Source of the DNA: Giardia intestinalis
Taxonomy: Eukaryota
Length of the DNA stretch: 64,000 nt
Assembly (NCBI GenBank): GCA_000002435.2
Contig: CM018793.1
Reading direction: 5' to 3' (one strand)
The notes under the pieces are model-generated. The model was given only the letters and a program-made list of their open reading frames with translations. It did no database searches and had not been told where the DNA came from. Both the position numbers and the translations under genes were made by a program. Positions 27,619 through 37,582 of the stretch are shown here, one piece after another. Numbering within the stretch: the first letter of the stretch is position 1; the number at the start of each line of letters is the position of its first letter.

Positions 27619-29271
27619 ATGCCCAGTCCACCACAGTCTTTGTGCAACCTTCACCCGTGCAAAGGTCACTCTGGGCCTCAGAATCTCAACGATTACCTCG
27701 ATTCTTGTTCTAAAGGGGATCCTGCGCTCGTCCCTGGCACTGATGATATAGCTATCAACGAAGACACTCCCACTGGAACCCTATCGATATGTAAGGCCTT
27801 GGACGCCTCTACAATAGCTGGGAATGAGCCCTGTCAGCTAGCAACCGAGAGCTTCTTGGCGGCACAGACACCTAAAGGGAAAGACCCTTGTGATAGTATA
27901 GAGCAAGCCCCAAAGGCCATCTGTCATGGTGATATCCTAGAGTGGCGGCAGATAGAGTTAGAAGAATGGCCAGGCAATATCTCTAATGACAATAAGAGTG
28001 GGGGCTGGAGCACATTCACAGGTGCAATAAGATGCATGAATACGCCTGTTACTCAGCACGTAAAGCGAAACCTTAATGAATGCTTTGATATAAAGCCTTT
28101 CTCGCAATCCTTCTTTGAATCTGTCAACCAACACGATAGCCTTTCCACTACCTGCCAAGCACATATAGTCAAACCCCTGGGTGACCGAGAAGGGCTCTAC
28201 CCTATTGCTGAGATACGTGATTCTGATCCTATTGCATACAGCCCTTTTATCCAACCCTCTTCTCCATCGTCACAAGCATCACCGCGCTCTCTTCTCACAA
28301 ACACTGCCGTCAAGGCCACTCATAAGCCCTCAGCACCATATTCACTTAATCCCCTGGTTATTAGGCAAGCTAGGCCACATAACTTTGATGGGTCCCCGTC
28401 CAGTTTTTCTTCTGGACCTCGGACTAATGAAGAGGCACAATCTGTAGAGGTTAAGTTGGATGGACTTGGAGGAGCTGTTATCACATTCACTCCACTGACA
28501 CCGTCATCTCCGTCGCGAACTGCTCAGGGGCTCTGTCACACAGTTGATTGTTCACCGCATCGGCATTTCCCGAAAACAGCTCTTTCATTCAACAAGCGGG
28601 CAACGCTGCACACCCGCATTAAGGATATAGCTTCGGACCAGCAACGCTATACCTTTTGTGATAGCAGTGAAGCTACTATCTCAAATGAAACACCAGACTC
28701 TCCACCTCATGCAGTAGTACACACAGCTCAAATGCACGGTAACTCTCTTCCACATGCAAGAGTACGATCGGCATATCGGACAGTTAATCCTGTACCTACT
28801 AAGAGCCCACCAAACTTGCACCTGACTGGGTTGTTTTCTCCACCTTCAGCTTCACAGAAAAGCAAACACTTTACTGCTTCTGAAGGAGTCTTATTAGTAG
28901 AGAACAAAGGGTCTTCTTCCTCATCCATTCTATTAAAGCAATCCATGATTAAACCTAGCCCAATCAATTCATTGAAGGAGATCGCTAAGTCAGAAACTGG
29001 ATCCCACTTGGACAATGCTCGGCTTTCTATTCACACTGGAATCATTAACAATGCTAGAGATGTGCCTGTAAGCTATGACGCCTTCACAGAATCTCCCTTA
29101 CAAACTCGTGACCGGGAGATCATGCACGACCTCAGCCTTTCTCCTATAGAGCTATGCTCCCTTGGACTTCACAATGGCCGAACGATGACTCCTCGAGCGA
29201 GGGCAATATCGGCGTTGCAAAAGCTTAGACATCATCCATCTCGAAAGATAGATACTTCTATTCACTGTTAG
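27619..29271 (+). CDS. hypothetical Ser/Pro-rich protein (551 aa)
   Basis: The track start 27583 is TTG. The first ATG is 27619 (MPSPPQSL). Low-complexity S/P/T-rich protein with no recognised domain. Confidence 0.4.
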   Translation: MPSPPQSLCNLHPCKGHSGPQNLNDYLDSCSKGDPALVPGTDDIAINEDTPTGTLSICKALDASTIAGNEPCQLATESFLAAQTPKGKDPCDSIEQAPKAICHGDILEWRQIELEEWPGNISNDNKSGGWSTFTGAIRCMNTPVTQHVKRNLNECFDIKPFSQSFFESVNQHDSLSTTCQAHIVKPLGDREGLYPIAEIRDSDPIAYSPFIQPSSPSSQASPRSLLTNTAVKATHKPSAPYSLNPLVIRQARPHNFDGSPSSFSSGPRTNEEAQSVEVKLDGLGGAVITFTPLTPSSPSRTAQGLCHTVDCSPHRHFPKTALSFNKRATLHTRIKDIASDQQRYTFCDSSEATISNETPDSPPHAVVHTAQMHGNSLPHARVRSAYRTVNPVPTKSPPNLHLTGLFSPPSASQKSKHFTASEGVLLVENKGSSSSSILLKQSMIKPSPINSLKEIAKSETGSHLDNARLSIHTGIINNARDVPVSYDAFTESPLQTRDREIMHDLSLSPIELCSLGLHNGRTMTPRARAISALQKLRHHPSRKIDTSIHC

Positions 29272-29410
29272 GCAAAAATCTTTTTATCCCATACCCGCGG
29301 CGCATTCCATGATTGTCCTTTGAAAACACTAAATACTAATAAATTAACTTTCAGCTCTCTCATCATTAGTGTGCCTTTGCGATCAAAATCATTCATAGGT
29401 CCTTTAGCAC

Positions 29411-31750
29411 ATGCAGCTGCGACTTACTCGCGGACCATCACATTCATATACAAAGTGTACTGCGAATTTGTTGCTAGACCCCGTCCAAAACACAGATGAT
29501 CTTTTACTTTTTTATCGCTCTGCCCCCTCCCATGCCGTAATATTTTTCGCTCCTAGATACCACGAGCTCATTCGTAGAAGCCATCTTAGCCTTCAGCGCA
29601 TCATACATGACGATAACTCTAGCGTCGCGCTTTGCACCTTTGTGAGCCAGCTGTCTACTGCGCTCTCAGCAGCACACCTACAGTGTATGTTTACATATAT
29701 CATGACTAGTCTTCTAAGACGTATGTATTCTAATGTTCTTTCTGCACTAGCATTTAGAGACGATACGTATGTTTTCTATCATAAATCACATCCAAAATCT
29801 ATCAATTTCACTGCACCTTCGTCATCGCGGGGTGATTCGTTACCTTTGAAGAAGAGAACCGGGGATAACCGTCTTCTACACACAGAGCCCTGGCCTCTCA
29901 CCCCCATGCTTCGAAGACCTAGCAGCTATGCCCTTTTTAGATCCTTTGATGATTCGTGCATACACATGTGTCTAACTCTTCAGCCACGATACGCTATTAC
30001 AGATTTACAATCATTCATACAGTATGGCTCAAAGGTTCTTCCCAGGCGCACTCAATCTTGGGACCAGATTGTCAATGTTCCTCCCACAACTGATGGAACC
30101 GAACGGGTTCCGGCTATTGCATCTGCCATAAAGTGGAGGACTCGCAATCTGCTTAGACAAAAAACTCCTAGTGTGAAAGGGCACAACCCATTCTCAAGGC
30201 TAGGAGCTACCCTCAATTCGCCATATTTGCTCACTAAGTGTTCAAGAGATGTGATTCAGAGAAGTGAGTCTATACTAAAGACATCTCCTCCCAAGACATC
30301 AAGAGCTACCTCCAGAATGGATGACCCCGTTTTAAACAAACATTCAAAGAATGAGCCTCTCCATTCAGAACTGGCGCTGCTCAAAGAGCTAGACCCGCCA
30401 CTCACCAACAGCTCTCCAGTGCTTATGCAGACCACAGAGAAGTTTGTGTCAACACTAAGTAGCACCAGCCTTTTCGATGATCAGTCCCTGGTTAGTGGTG
30501 GTTGCGAGTGTGGACAGAATGAGCTATTCTCTAAACTTGTCTGCCAAAACTATGAAAGCCTTCCACCTTCTCAAGCTATTGGGCAACAAGATATCAACGA
30601 ATTCCAATTGTCAGCTCATCGAAGCAATGACATGAGCAACCTTTCAAATGGAAATAGTGGATTGATTCTGAGCCCGACAGTTTCTAGTGATGCATGCTTA
30701 GAGGAACAGCTCGTGCTACAAGGTTCTACTACTACCATGACCTCGGACCACTCATGTCAACTGGATCATAGCTTATCATCTGCCCATCAAGAATCCTATA
30801 CTGCACCATTGGTGACTCCCTATGAACAACATCAGTTCCCAAACGACATGGACATTTACGACCTAGATGTAGTTTCGTGCTCAACAGAGATGGCACCGGT
30901 AGCATTTGCTACTCCATTGAAAGGAGCTAACAACGAGAGCACAGAGACTAGGCCGGCCACTCAATGCTTACGTACTTTTCAGGTTCAATTAGAAGCAGAT
31001 CCAATGAAGGTACAACAAAAACAGCCTGCGATTAAATTCAGCATGAGAACGTCGCAAGTTGTTGATCAGTCTAACGTTGACCACTGTCCAAAGGTAACTA
31101 CATCACCAGTACACATAGAGGCTCCTCTCAGCGGTACCTCAATGATAAGGAAAAAAGCATATGCAATTGTAGGAGACAGAATCGCACATTCCCTTAATCA
31201 AGGAGCAATCCCCGCTATGTCACGTGATAGTCTTGCTTCTTTATATGCACTAACAAATAGCTCTTCCAGCGACAAAGCCAGCGCCGGTATCTTTGATAGA
31301 ATAAGATTGAAACTAAACGCCAGGCGCACCGGGATAACTAAGAACCTCGTCTCGCCTGGTCCCACATCCTTCAGCTCCTCCTACGTAAATTCTGAGAGTC
31401 TAACATGTGTGTCACTAGGGGGCAGTGGGCACACATATCTAATGAGCATGCTGCTTCTTCAGCAATCACGGAGATCTGCAAATAAGAAACGTGCATCTTA
31501 CGGTAGTAGCACTTTACTCGCGCCTTCGTCATCTAGAGCTGAGATGGGCTGGAGGCCTACAACAGCCATAGCTAATGAAGGCAAGATTGATGACCATAAC
31601 AATAATCCTAAGAATAGAGTTACCTCCCAGACAGTGCCAAAGAAAAGAATGCGGTGTCGGCATCTCGATGATCCTATAACTTCAAGAGACAAGGGCTCCG
31701 CAAGATGTAAGACCATTTTAAATTTAGAGATACCTCTGTCACAGAAGTAA
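29411..31750 (+). CDS. hypothetical Ser-rich protein (779 aa)
   Basis: ATG verified at 29411 (atgcagctgcgactt). Long ORF, low complexity, no recognised domain. Confidence 0.45.
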   Translation: MQLRLTRGPSHSYTKCTANLLLDPVQNTDDLLLFYRSAPSHAVIFFAPRYHELIRRSHLSLQRIIHDDNSSVALCTFVSQLSTALSAAHLQCMFTYIMTSLLRRMYSNVLSALAFRDDTYVFYHKSHPKSINFTAPSSSRGDSLPLKKRTGDNRLLHTEPWPLTPMLRRPSSYALFRSFDDSCIHMCLTLQPRYAITDLQSFIQYGSKVLPRRTQSWDQIVNVPPTTDGTERVPAIASAIKWRTRNLLRQKTPSVKGHNPFSRLGATLNSPYLLTKCSRDVIQRSESILKTSPPKTSRATSRMDDPVLNKHSKNEPLHSELALLKELDPPLTNSSPVLMQTTEKFVSTLSSTSLFDDQSLVSGGCECGQNELFSKLVCQNYESLPPSQAIGQQDINEFQLSAHRSNDMSNLSNGNSGLILSPTVSSDACLEEQLVLQGSTTTMTSDHSCQLDHSLSSAHQESYTAPLVTPYEQHQFPNDMDIYDLDVVSCSTEMAPVAFATPLKGANNESTETRPATQCLRTFQVQLEADPMKVQQKQPAIKFSMRTSQVVDQSNVDHCPKVTTSPVHIEAPLSGTSMIRKKAYAIVGDRIAHSLNQGAIPAMSRDSLASLYALTNSSSSDKASAGIFDRIRLKLNARRTGITKNLVSPGPTSFSSSYVNSESLTCVSLGGSGHTYLMSMLLLQQSRRSANKKRASYGSSTLLAPSSSRAEMGWRPTTAIANEGKIDDHNNNPKNRVTSQTVPKKRMRCRHLDDPITSRDKGSARCKTILNLEIPLSQK

Positions 31751-31767
31751 CAGTTATAGCTCTACTT

Positions 31768-32784
31768 TTAAACTTCTTCACGAGCCTGTATATCAGCGTA
31801 CACAACCCCGGTAATTATATATGCTGCCTTGGCCGACACCTTTGGTATTGTAAGATGCACCAAAGAGTCAGACTGAGTGATGGGTTTGTGTGTTCGTAGA
31901 TCGCCAAAGTCAGCGGCATTGTTGAAGCTATGGTTCTTTTCCACTGGTACCGCTGGACCGACGGGCTGTGAGACAAAGTGCTGCTGATAGATGCTGCCAT
32001 ACTGGCTATTGTCGACATAAAAGCTGTAAGGAAGTTGATTTTTTGGTTGCGGTAGGAGACCCATGTCCATTTCTGTTCCTGTCTCTGTCACAGATACAGG
32101 CAGTGTAGTGGTCGACACGCTTACAGACTTTGCTTTTCCTTTAGATGATGTGCGCTCGTTAGTAGAAGGCCGGGATGCTGCTTCTGCTGGTGCTGGGGGC
32201 ATTGACGTGCTTACCGAAACGCTGTCAACGGACGACGTGTTCACCCCAACGGAGCTCACGGCCTTGTCTTGCTCAACTGTAAATAGAGAGCGGCAGTCCT
32301 GTGGAATGTCTATTAGCTCTTTGCCCGTTAAATGCGAGGCCTTATAGTACCGTGCTAACTCTATCCAGCTCTGGTTGGGACCCGACCAAGTGGAAAACGT
32401 ATCTTTTAGATTGAGGACAATAGAGACGATATTCTCAGAAGAGCCATCTGCTTTCTGTGCAAGCAAAGGAGGACTTCTTTTCATGGGAGACGAGGACGGG
32501 CCGTGGAGAAAATAGGAGACAATTACATTAGAGTTGCTGCAAGTATCTAGGAATTCCTGTTCAGGGACATGTATGGAGCGATATTTTCCTCCTTGCTTGC
32601 GATACCAAATCTTCATCTGGTCCACAGTTGACACAAAAGACTGTAGTTTCTGCTCGACAGCCTCAATAAACTGCATAAGGCTGTTGAACCATATGCGCCC
32701 ACTGAATACGGGCGCCTCGCGCCGTTGCCGGGGGTTGCACACCCTGATGTTGCAGTCTAGGTAGTAGAGCTTGGTCCCCAGCAT
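31768..32784 (-). CDS. hypothetical protein (338 aa)
   Basis: ATG verified at 32784-32782 (MLGTKLYYLD). Globular N-terminal half and Ser-rich C-terminal half. No family recognised. Confidence 0.45.
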   Translation of the reverse strand: MLGTKLYYLDCNIRVCNPRQRREAPVFSGRIWFNSLMQFIEAVEQKLQSFVSTVDQMKIWYRKQGGKYRSIHVPEQEFLDTCSNSNVIVSYFLHGPSSSPMKRSPPLLAQKADGSSENIVSIVLNLKDTFSTWSGPNQSWIELARYYKASHLTGKELIDIPQDCRSLFTVEQDKAVSSVGVNTSSVDSVSVSTSMPPAPAEAASRPSTNERTSSKGKAKSVSVSTTTLPVSVTETGTEMDMGLLPQPKNQLPYSFYVDNSQYGSIYQQHFVSQPVGPAVPVEKNHSFNNAADFGDLRTHKPITQSDSLVHLTIPKVSAKAAYIITGVVYADIQAREEV

Positions 32785-33112
32785 TATAATTATTACCGGT
32801 GCGAAAGGTAGTGTAGACCAAGCATGACTATATTGACAGCCAGTAAGCGGTGTGTTCTAAAGCACTACCAATGGAGTTACTCCTAGGCAGCTCCTCGAGA
32901 TGAGTTGCTTACGTTGTCAGCTACTTCAGAACTTTTCCTTTCAGGATTTGTCGTCCCTATTGGCACGACCTTTCTTGTCTTACCATATGTTCACGGCACC
33001 TCTTTTCAGCACCTTTTTCCACGCCTTAGATACTGACGCCTAACTCCTTAATCTATTAGGAAGTAATTTAAATTCAAATCCACAGGCATTAAAGAAGTGG
33101 CCCTCGAGCCCT

Positions 33113-33850
33113 ATGTCGACAGAGAAAACGTCCCAGGCGTCCAAGGAGTACCAGCTCAAGGAGGCTGATGTGAAGAAGATGCTCGTTGCAACGACTCACC
33201 TTGGCGTCCGCAACATCGATAGGAGGATGCAGTTCTACATCTTCGACAGGCAGAAGGATGGGACCTTTGTCTTCAACCTGCAGAAAGTCTGGGCCAAGAT
33301 CGTCTTCGCAGCACGCATCCTCGTCACCATCGATGACCCCGCCGAGATCGCCGTGGTCGCTAACAGACCCGATGCTCAGCGTGCTATCCTCAAGTTCTGC
33401 AAGTACACGCACGCGACTGCCTTCCCCGGCCGCTTTATCCCTGGCAACTTCACCAATCGTATGAACCCGAACTATTGTGAGCCTCGCCTCCTCCTCGTCA
33501 ACGACCCGGTTGTCGACCGTCAGGCTATTCTCGAGGCGTCCTACGTGAATATTCCGACTATATCGCTTTGCAACTCGGACGCTAACCTGAAGTTCATTGA
33601 CGTGGCAATCCCCTGCAACAACAAGACTCCCATGAGCATCGGGCTTATTTACTGGCTCCTTGCTCGTGAAGTTCTCAGGCTCAAGGGGAGCATCTCAAGG
33701 ACTGAGGAGTGGGATGTGAAGCCCGATCTGTTTGTTGCTCTTCCCGAGGAAATCCCAGACGAGGAGGAGAGTGAGGACTTCTATGATGACGATGAGGAGG
33801 AGGATGAGGAATTTTCCGCCGGCAATGGCAACCTCTTCGACGAGTACTAA
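33113..33850 (+). CDS. RPSA: 40S ribosomal protein SA (uS2/p40)
   Basis: ATG verified. [17 protein letters not shown]...[29 protein letters not shown]...[13 protein letters not shown] is the conserved uS2 core. An acidic Asp/Glu-rich C-terminal tail is present. No intron. Confidence 0.9.
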   Translation: MSTEKTSQASKEYQLKEADVKKMLVATTHLGVRNIDRRMQFYIFDRQKDGTFVFNLQKVWAKIVFAARILVTIDDPAEIAVVANRPDAQRAILKFCKYTHATAFPGRFIPGNFTNRMNPNYCEPRLLLVNDPVVDRQAILEASYVNIPTISLCNSDANLKFIDVAIPCNNKTPMSIGLIYWLLAREVLRLKGSISRTEEWDVKPDLFVALPEEIPDEEESEDFYDDDEEEDEEFSAGNGNLFDEY

Positions 33851-33920
33851 GGCGGCTCTTGTTAAGCTGAAAGTGTAAACGCTTTGCTCGGTATGCATCC
33901 CTCGTTTCACCAGAGAGGTT

Positions 33921-36900
33921 TCACAACTCCAGGACGGTTCCTTCTGCGATTCCGAGGATTTCGTAAAGTCTGGCTATCATGGCACTACAAGTGTCGTATC
34001 GTGCTTTGATTCTGGCCAAGCTCTTCGTTGCCGTGGCCCGATCTGTGTCTGTGGCCGTTGCACGTATAGAACATGAATCTAGCTGTGCTAGCTTTTCCTC
34101 TGAAATAGGTGACAGCTGAATTCCCTCGGTGGTTCTTAACTGAGAGTGCTCTAGACACGATGGGGTCTGCAAGCGGTCCACTCTCTTCTGTGCATCATGA
34201 AGGTGGAAGGATAAGGTGGTCTGGTCTGCAGCCAGGTGCTCTAGCAAAATAGGGCGATAATTGCTAAGAATAGTAATGGTGGACTTCGGGGGATCGGGTG
34301 CGTTTTTACCAAAGAGGCCAACAGCAAGAGAAATGACAAGCTTGCGCAGATGCCTTTTGGCTTCTTTCTGATACTGCTGCAACTGAGGAATTATATTGGA
34401 CAGATAGACAGCAAGATTGAATATCAACTCTAGTACATTCGGATTGAAATTTTTTAAATACTCTCCACTAAAAATAGACTCCAAGAGTGTAATCAGCTGG
34501 ATCACAATCCCCCCGTTGGCCGGGGTTATCCGCTTGGAGAAACTCTGGGATGCTAACTGGGTGATGGTGCGGGACACCATATCGTCTCTTTGAGATATCG
34601 TCTCAGAAGAGGCGTCGCTGAAGTCAAGCTCTCCGAGGCGGGTAAATAAGGCATTGAGGCTTGAGATGCTATTGAAGCAAATGCGATCTCGTCCTGTTAA
34701 ACCGTCTAAAATGCAATACAGTGTTGTATTTAGCGGCAAACCCAATATAGAATTTGTTTGAATGGCCTCAAGATTTATACGCATGAAGAGGAATCGGATA
34801 ACACGTATCATGTATCCCTGGAGCCTGTTTTGGTTTTGGCAGAACTTGAGGGATAAAAGAAGCAGGTCACCCCCCTGCAAAACTCTCTGTGCATCAGTTG
34901 GCGTCTCGTGACGCCGTAGAAGAGCCATGATTCCGATAACCACCTTGCAGTGCACCTTTGTCGGATAGTTGCTGTGGGATAAAAGGGTGGAAATCAACAT
35001 AGTAGCTTCTCTATCTATTGCAAGCTCTTCCTCGTCGCGAGACAGCTCCTTGCTAATAACATCTGACTCTAGCAGATGACAATAGCTACTGACGGCATGA
35101 GCAAAGAGATCAATAAGCTTCATGGAAAATGCTTTTTCGTCTCCTTGGGCTAAGGTAGCTATGGTTGACTGAAAAGATGGCCACGCCTTGATGCAGATAT
35201 TGACAGCCCGGAGTGACAACTGAAAAATGTTAAGCATATCAGCCACAGGAAGCTCTTCTAAGTAATAAAGGGGAAACTTAGAAAGAAGACAGAGTAGTTC
35301 CATTCCTCTAAGGAGTGTATCTATATCAGCTGCATTATTGAGGAGAAATATGCTGCACGTGAGAAGCTGGTCCATTATGAGGGTCCCCAGAACCTCATCG
35401 AGGGCCGAGTTGAGGAATGAGAATGGCATCTCCTTTGTAATACTCACAGCCCCTGCCTGCGTTGCTGCTGCCAGCTCATTACGTATAAGGGCATGCACAA
35501 AGAGGTATGGTTGAGAGGCGCTAAAGATGTTGTCTTGGGACGGTGCTGTTGGCACTATTGCAACTGCCTGGTGCTGCTTTTTTCTGTGTCCGCGGCAACC
35601 CATAAAAGTATCCGTAATATCTCTCTCGGCGGTGTACTCTTGCTGGGAGACAGGCTCTCCGCTCGCTGTGAAGCTGGTGATGTTTAAAATGTGGAGAAGA
35701 TCAACCGTTACTGCAGAGCTGAAGTAGGAGCACAATTGACAGTCTAACCATGAAGTCGTGCTGAGCCTCGTACCATGCTCATGTGGATCATGAAGGGTTA
35801 GACGCTGGAGAACAGAGAGAGGGATATTGGTTCCATCTTCAGTAAAACATATCTTCAGCGAAGGAATGAACGGAAAGAGCTCGGCAAAATGACCGATAAC
35901 AGGGAATATGCCAAAGAAAGTGGCTAGATATTCGACAGACGTAAACAGCTCTTTCTCGTGCTCAACAGTTGTATCACTTCCGATACCTTCGAGCAAGGTA
36001 AGAACCCTCCTAGACACAGTAATAAACAAGGGTATCTGCGATTGCACCAGTGGAATCAGCACATCGCTATCCTTTGAGGGGACATAGTTTCGACGTAGAA
36101 TCTCCCTCTTCATACCACTAAGTACAGATCCAGCCATCGAGAGAATAGATGTCCATCTGAATCCTGCAGGAGGGTTTTCAGTGTGTGCTAAGATAAAGCT
36201 AATATCTAAATTAAGCTTAGATGGAGACACAGTGGTCCAAAACAGGCGAAACATGGACAAGTACGCAGCGACAAACTCAGATGATTGATTAGACGACTTC
36301 ATGATCTCGTGGAAGCATGACTCCAGGAGTCCATAGAAGTTAACCAATGACGACCCTAGTAATTGGGAGTATGGGGTGTAATTTAAACGATCAGCTCTAG
36401 AACACTCTGCCGCCGCCATGCACTGCTCTGCACCACGAAAATACGAGCTCAGAGCCTTAAGTGCCAGTATCGCAGCTGTATCCCCTGGATGGTCAGAATA
36501 TGGTGTACTAGCTATGACATGCTGATCCGCTTGCAGAGTCTGCCGTTGATGTGGTCTGCTTCGGTGTTCATCATATGCAGATGAGAGCAATGTAATAGTA
36601 AGCACACGACAAGGAAGACTGTCCAGAGAGATATAGCTAGTCCAAAGAAGGGGGCAAATGCTTTGCAGGCGCGTCGGCAGAGTCATATAAAATGAGAACA
36701 CAGTTTTAATCAGAGAGTGATTACTTGTAACGCTGCCATTCTCCATGAAACAGATAGTGGCGAGAGTCTTGAAAAGACAAGCGATCTCATCTAATGGGTT
36801 GGGAAAGCTGAGGATAGCAGCAGACCGATGGTGCAAGATGTTAGTCAATAAATATACAAGACGAGCGGCGATCTTAAAGTGACGAGTAAGAGAATTAGAG

Positions 36901-37193
36901 CACTCCTTGAACAGCATTCTATAACTCTGGACACTGACAAAATTAGGGGTCTTATAGCTTCGTGCAATATAATTAAAGAATGATGTTATGGTATCTCCAC
37001 GAATGGTTTGCTGAGGCAGAATTTGGGAAACAAAAAGATTGATCAGACAGTCTCCCTCACCAGATCCAAAGGTACAGCCATTCTGCAGCACAAGAGCCTC
37101 CGCTTCTAGCACTAGCTTATCATATCTTATCGGCGGCCGCTGGGCCTTAATCCGGCCATCTAAAAATTGATTGAGTGTCACGACCGGCTTCAT
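33921..37193 (-). CDS. hypothetical large alpha-helical protein (1,090 aa)
   Basis: The track start 37211 is GTG. The first ATG is 37193-37191 (MKPVVTLNQ). Long helical and Leu-rich composition suggests a HEAT/ARM-like solenoid. No motif recognised. Confidence 0.5.
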   Translation of the reverse strand: MKPVVTLNQFLDGRIKAQRPPIRYDKLVLEAEALVLQNGCTFGSGEGDCLINLFVSQILPQQTIRGDTITSFFNYIARSYKTPNFVSVQSYRMLFKECSNSLTRHFKIAARLVYLLTNILHHRSAAILSFPNPLDEIACLFKTLATICFMENGSVTSNHSLIKTVFSFYMTLPTRLQSICPLLWTSYISLDSLPCRVLTITLLSSAYDEHRSRPHQRQTLQADQHVIASTPYSDHPGDTAAILALKALSSYFRGAEQCMAAAECSRADRLNYTPYSQLLGSSLVNFYGLLESCFHEIMKSSNQSSEFVAAYLSMFRLFWTTVSPSKLNLDISFILAHTENPPAGFRWTSILSMAGSVLSGMKREILRRNYVPSKDSDVLIPLVQSQIPLFITVSRRVLTLLEGIGSDTTVEHEKELFTSVEYLATFFGIFPVIGHFAELFPFIPSLKICFTEDGTNIPLSVLQRLTLHDPHEHGTRLSTTSWLDCQLCSYFSSAVTVDLLHILNITSFTASGEPVSQQEYTAERDITDTFMGCRGHRKKQHQAVAIVPTAPSQDNIFSASQPYLFVHALIRNELAAATQAGAVSITKEMPFSFLNSALDEVLGTLIMDQLLTCSIFLLNNAADIDTLLRGMELLCLLSKFPLYYLEELPVADMLNIFQLSLRAVNICIKAWPSFQSTIATLAQGDEKAFSMKLIDLFAHAVSSYCHLLESDVISKELSRDEEELAIDREATMLISTLLSHSNYPTKVHCKVVIGIMALLRRHETPTDAQRVLQGGDLLLLSLKFCQNQNRLQGYMIRVIRFLFMRINLEAIQTNSILGLPLNTTLYCILDGLTGRDRICFNSISSLNALFTRLGELDFSDASSETISQRDDMVSRTITQLASQSFSKRITPANGGIVIQLITLLESIFSGEYLKNFNPNVLELIFNLAVYLSNIIPQLQQYQKEAKRHLRKLVISLAVGLFGKNAPDPPKSTITILSNYRPILLEHLAADQTTLSFHLHDAQKRVDRLQTPSCLEHSQLRTTEGIQLSPISEEKLAQLDSCSIRATATDTDRATATKSLARIKARYDTCSAMIARLYEILGIAEGTVLEL

Positions 37194-37582
37194 TTCAATT
37201 TTTATAAGCACCTTTATATAGCACTAATGCTGCGTTGGGCTTAAGCCACTCATGGTTCGGGGCAGTGGAAACTACTTACCTGTAAGTCTTAGTGGAATGC
37301 CCCGAACAGAATCCTCTGAACCTTCTTATGGTCACACCTGTGTCTCTTAAGTAGCATGTGTACTCTGGCTCCTTATTTGTAGGTCAACGTAAACAATGCA
37401 CCTAGGGTATTGATCTTTTGCAAAGTGAATAGCAGCATTCTGCCCTTATGTCTTTAAATGAGTCAAGTCATTTAGTACTGCCTCAACAGTGATCCCTCTT
37501 GTTTACCTAGCCTGCTGGCATAGTTGCAGCTCTCCTTTTGATCTATACGATTCGGCAACTTAAAAGTAATACCGAAATAGCT

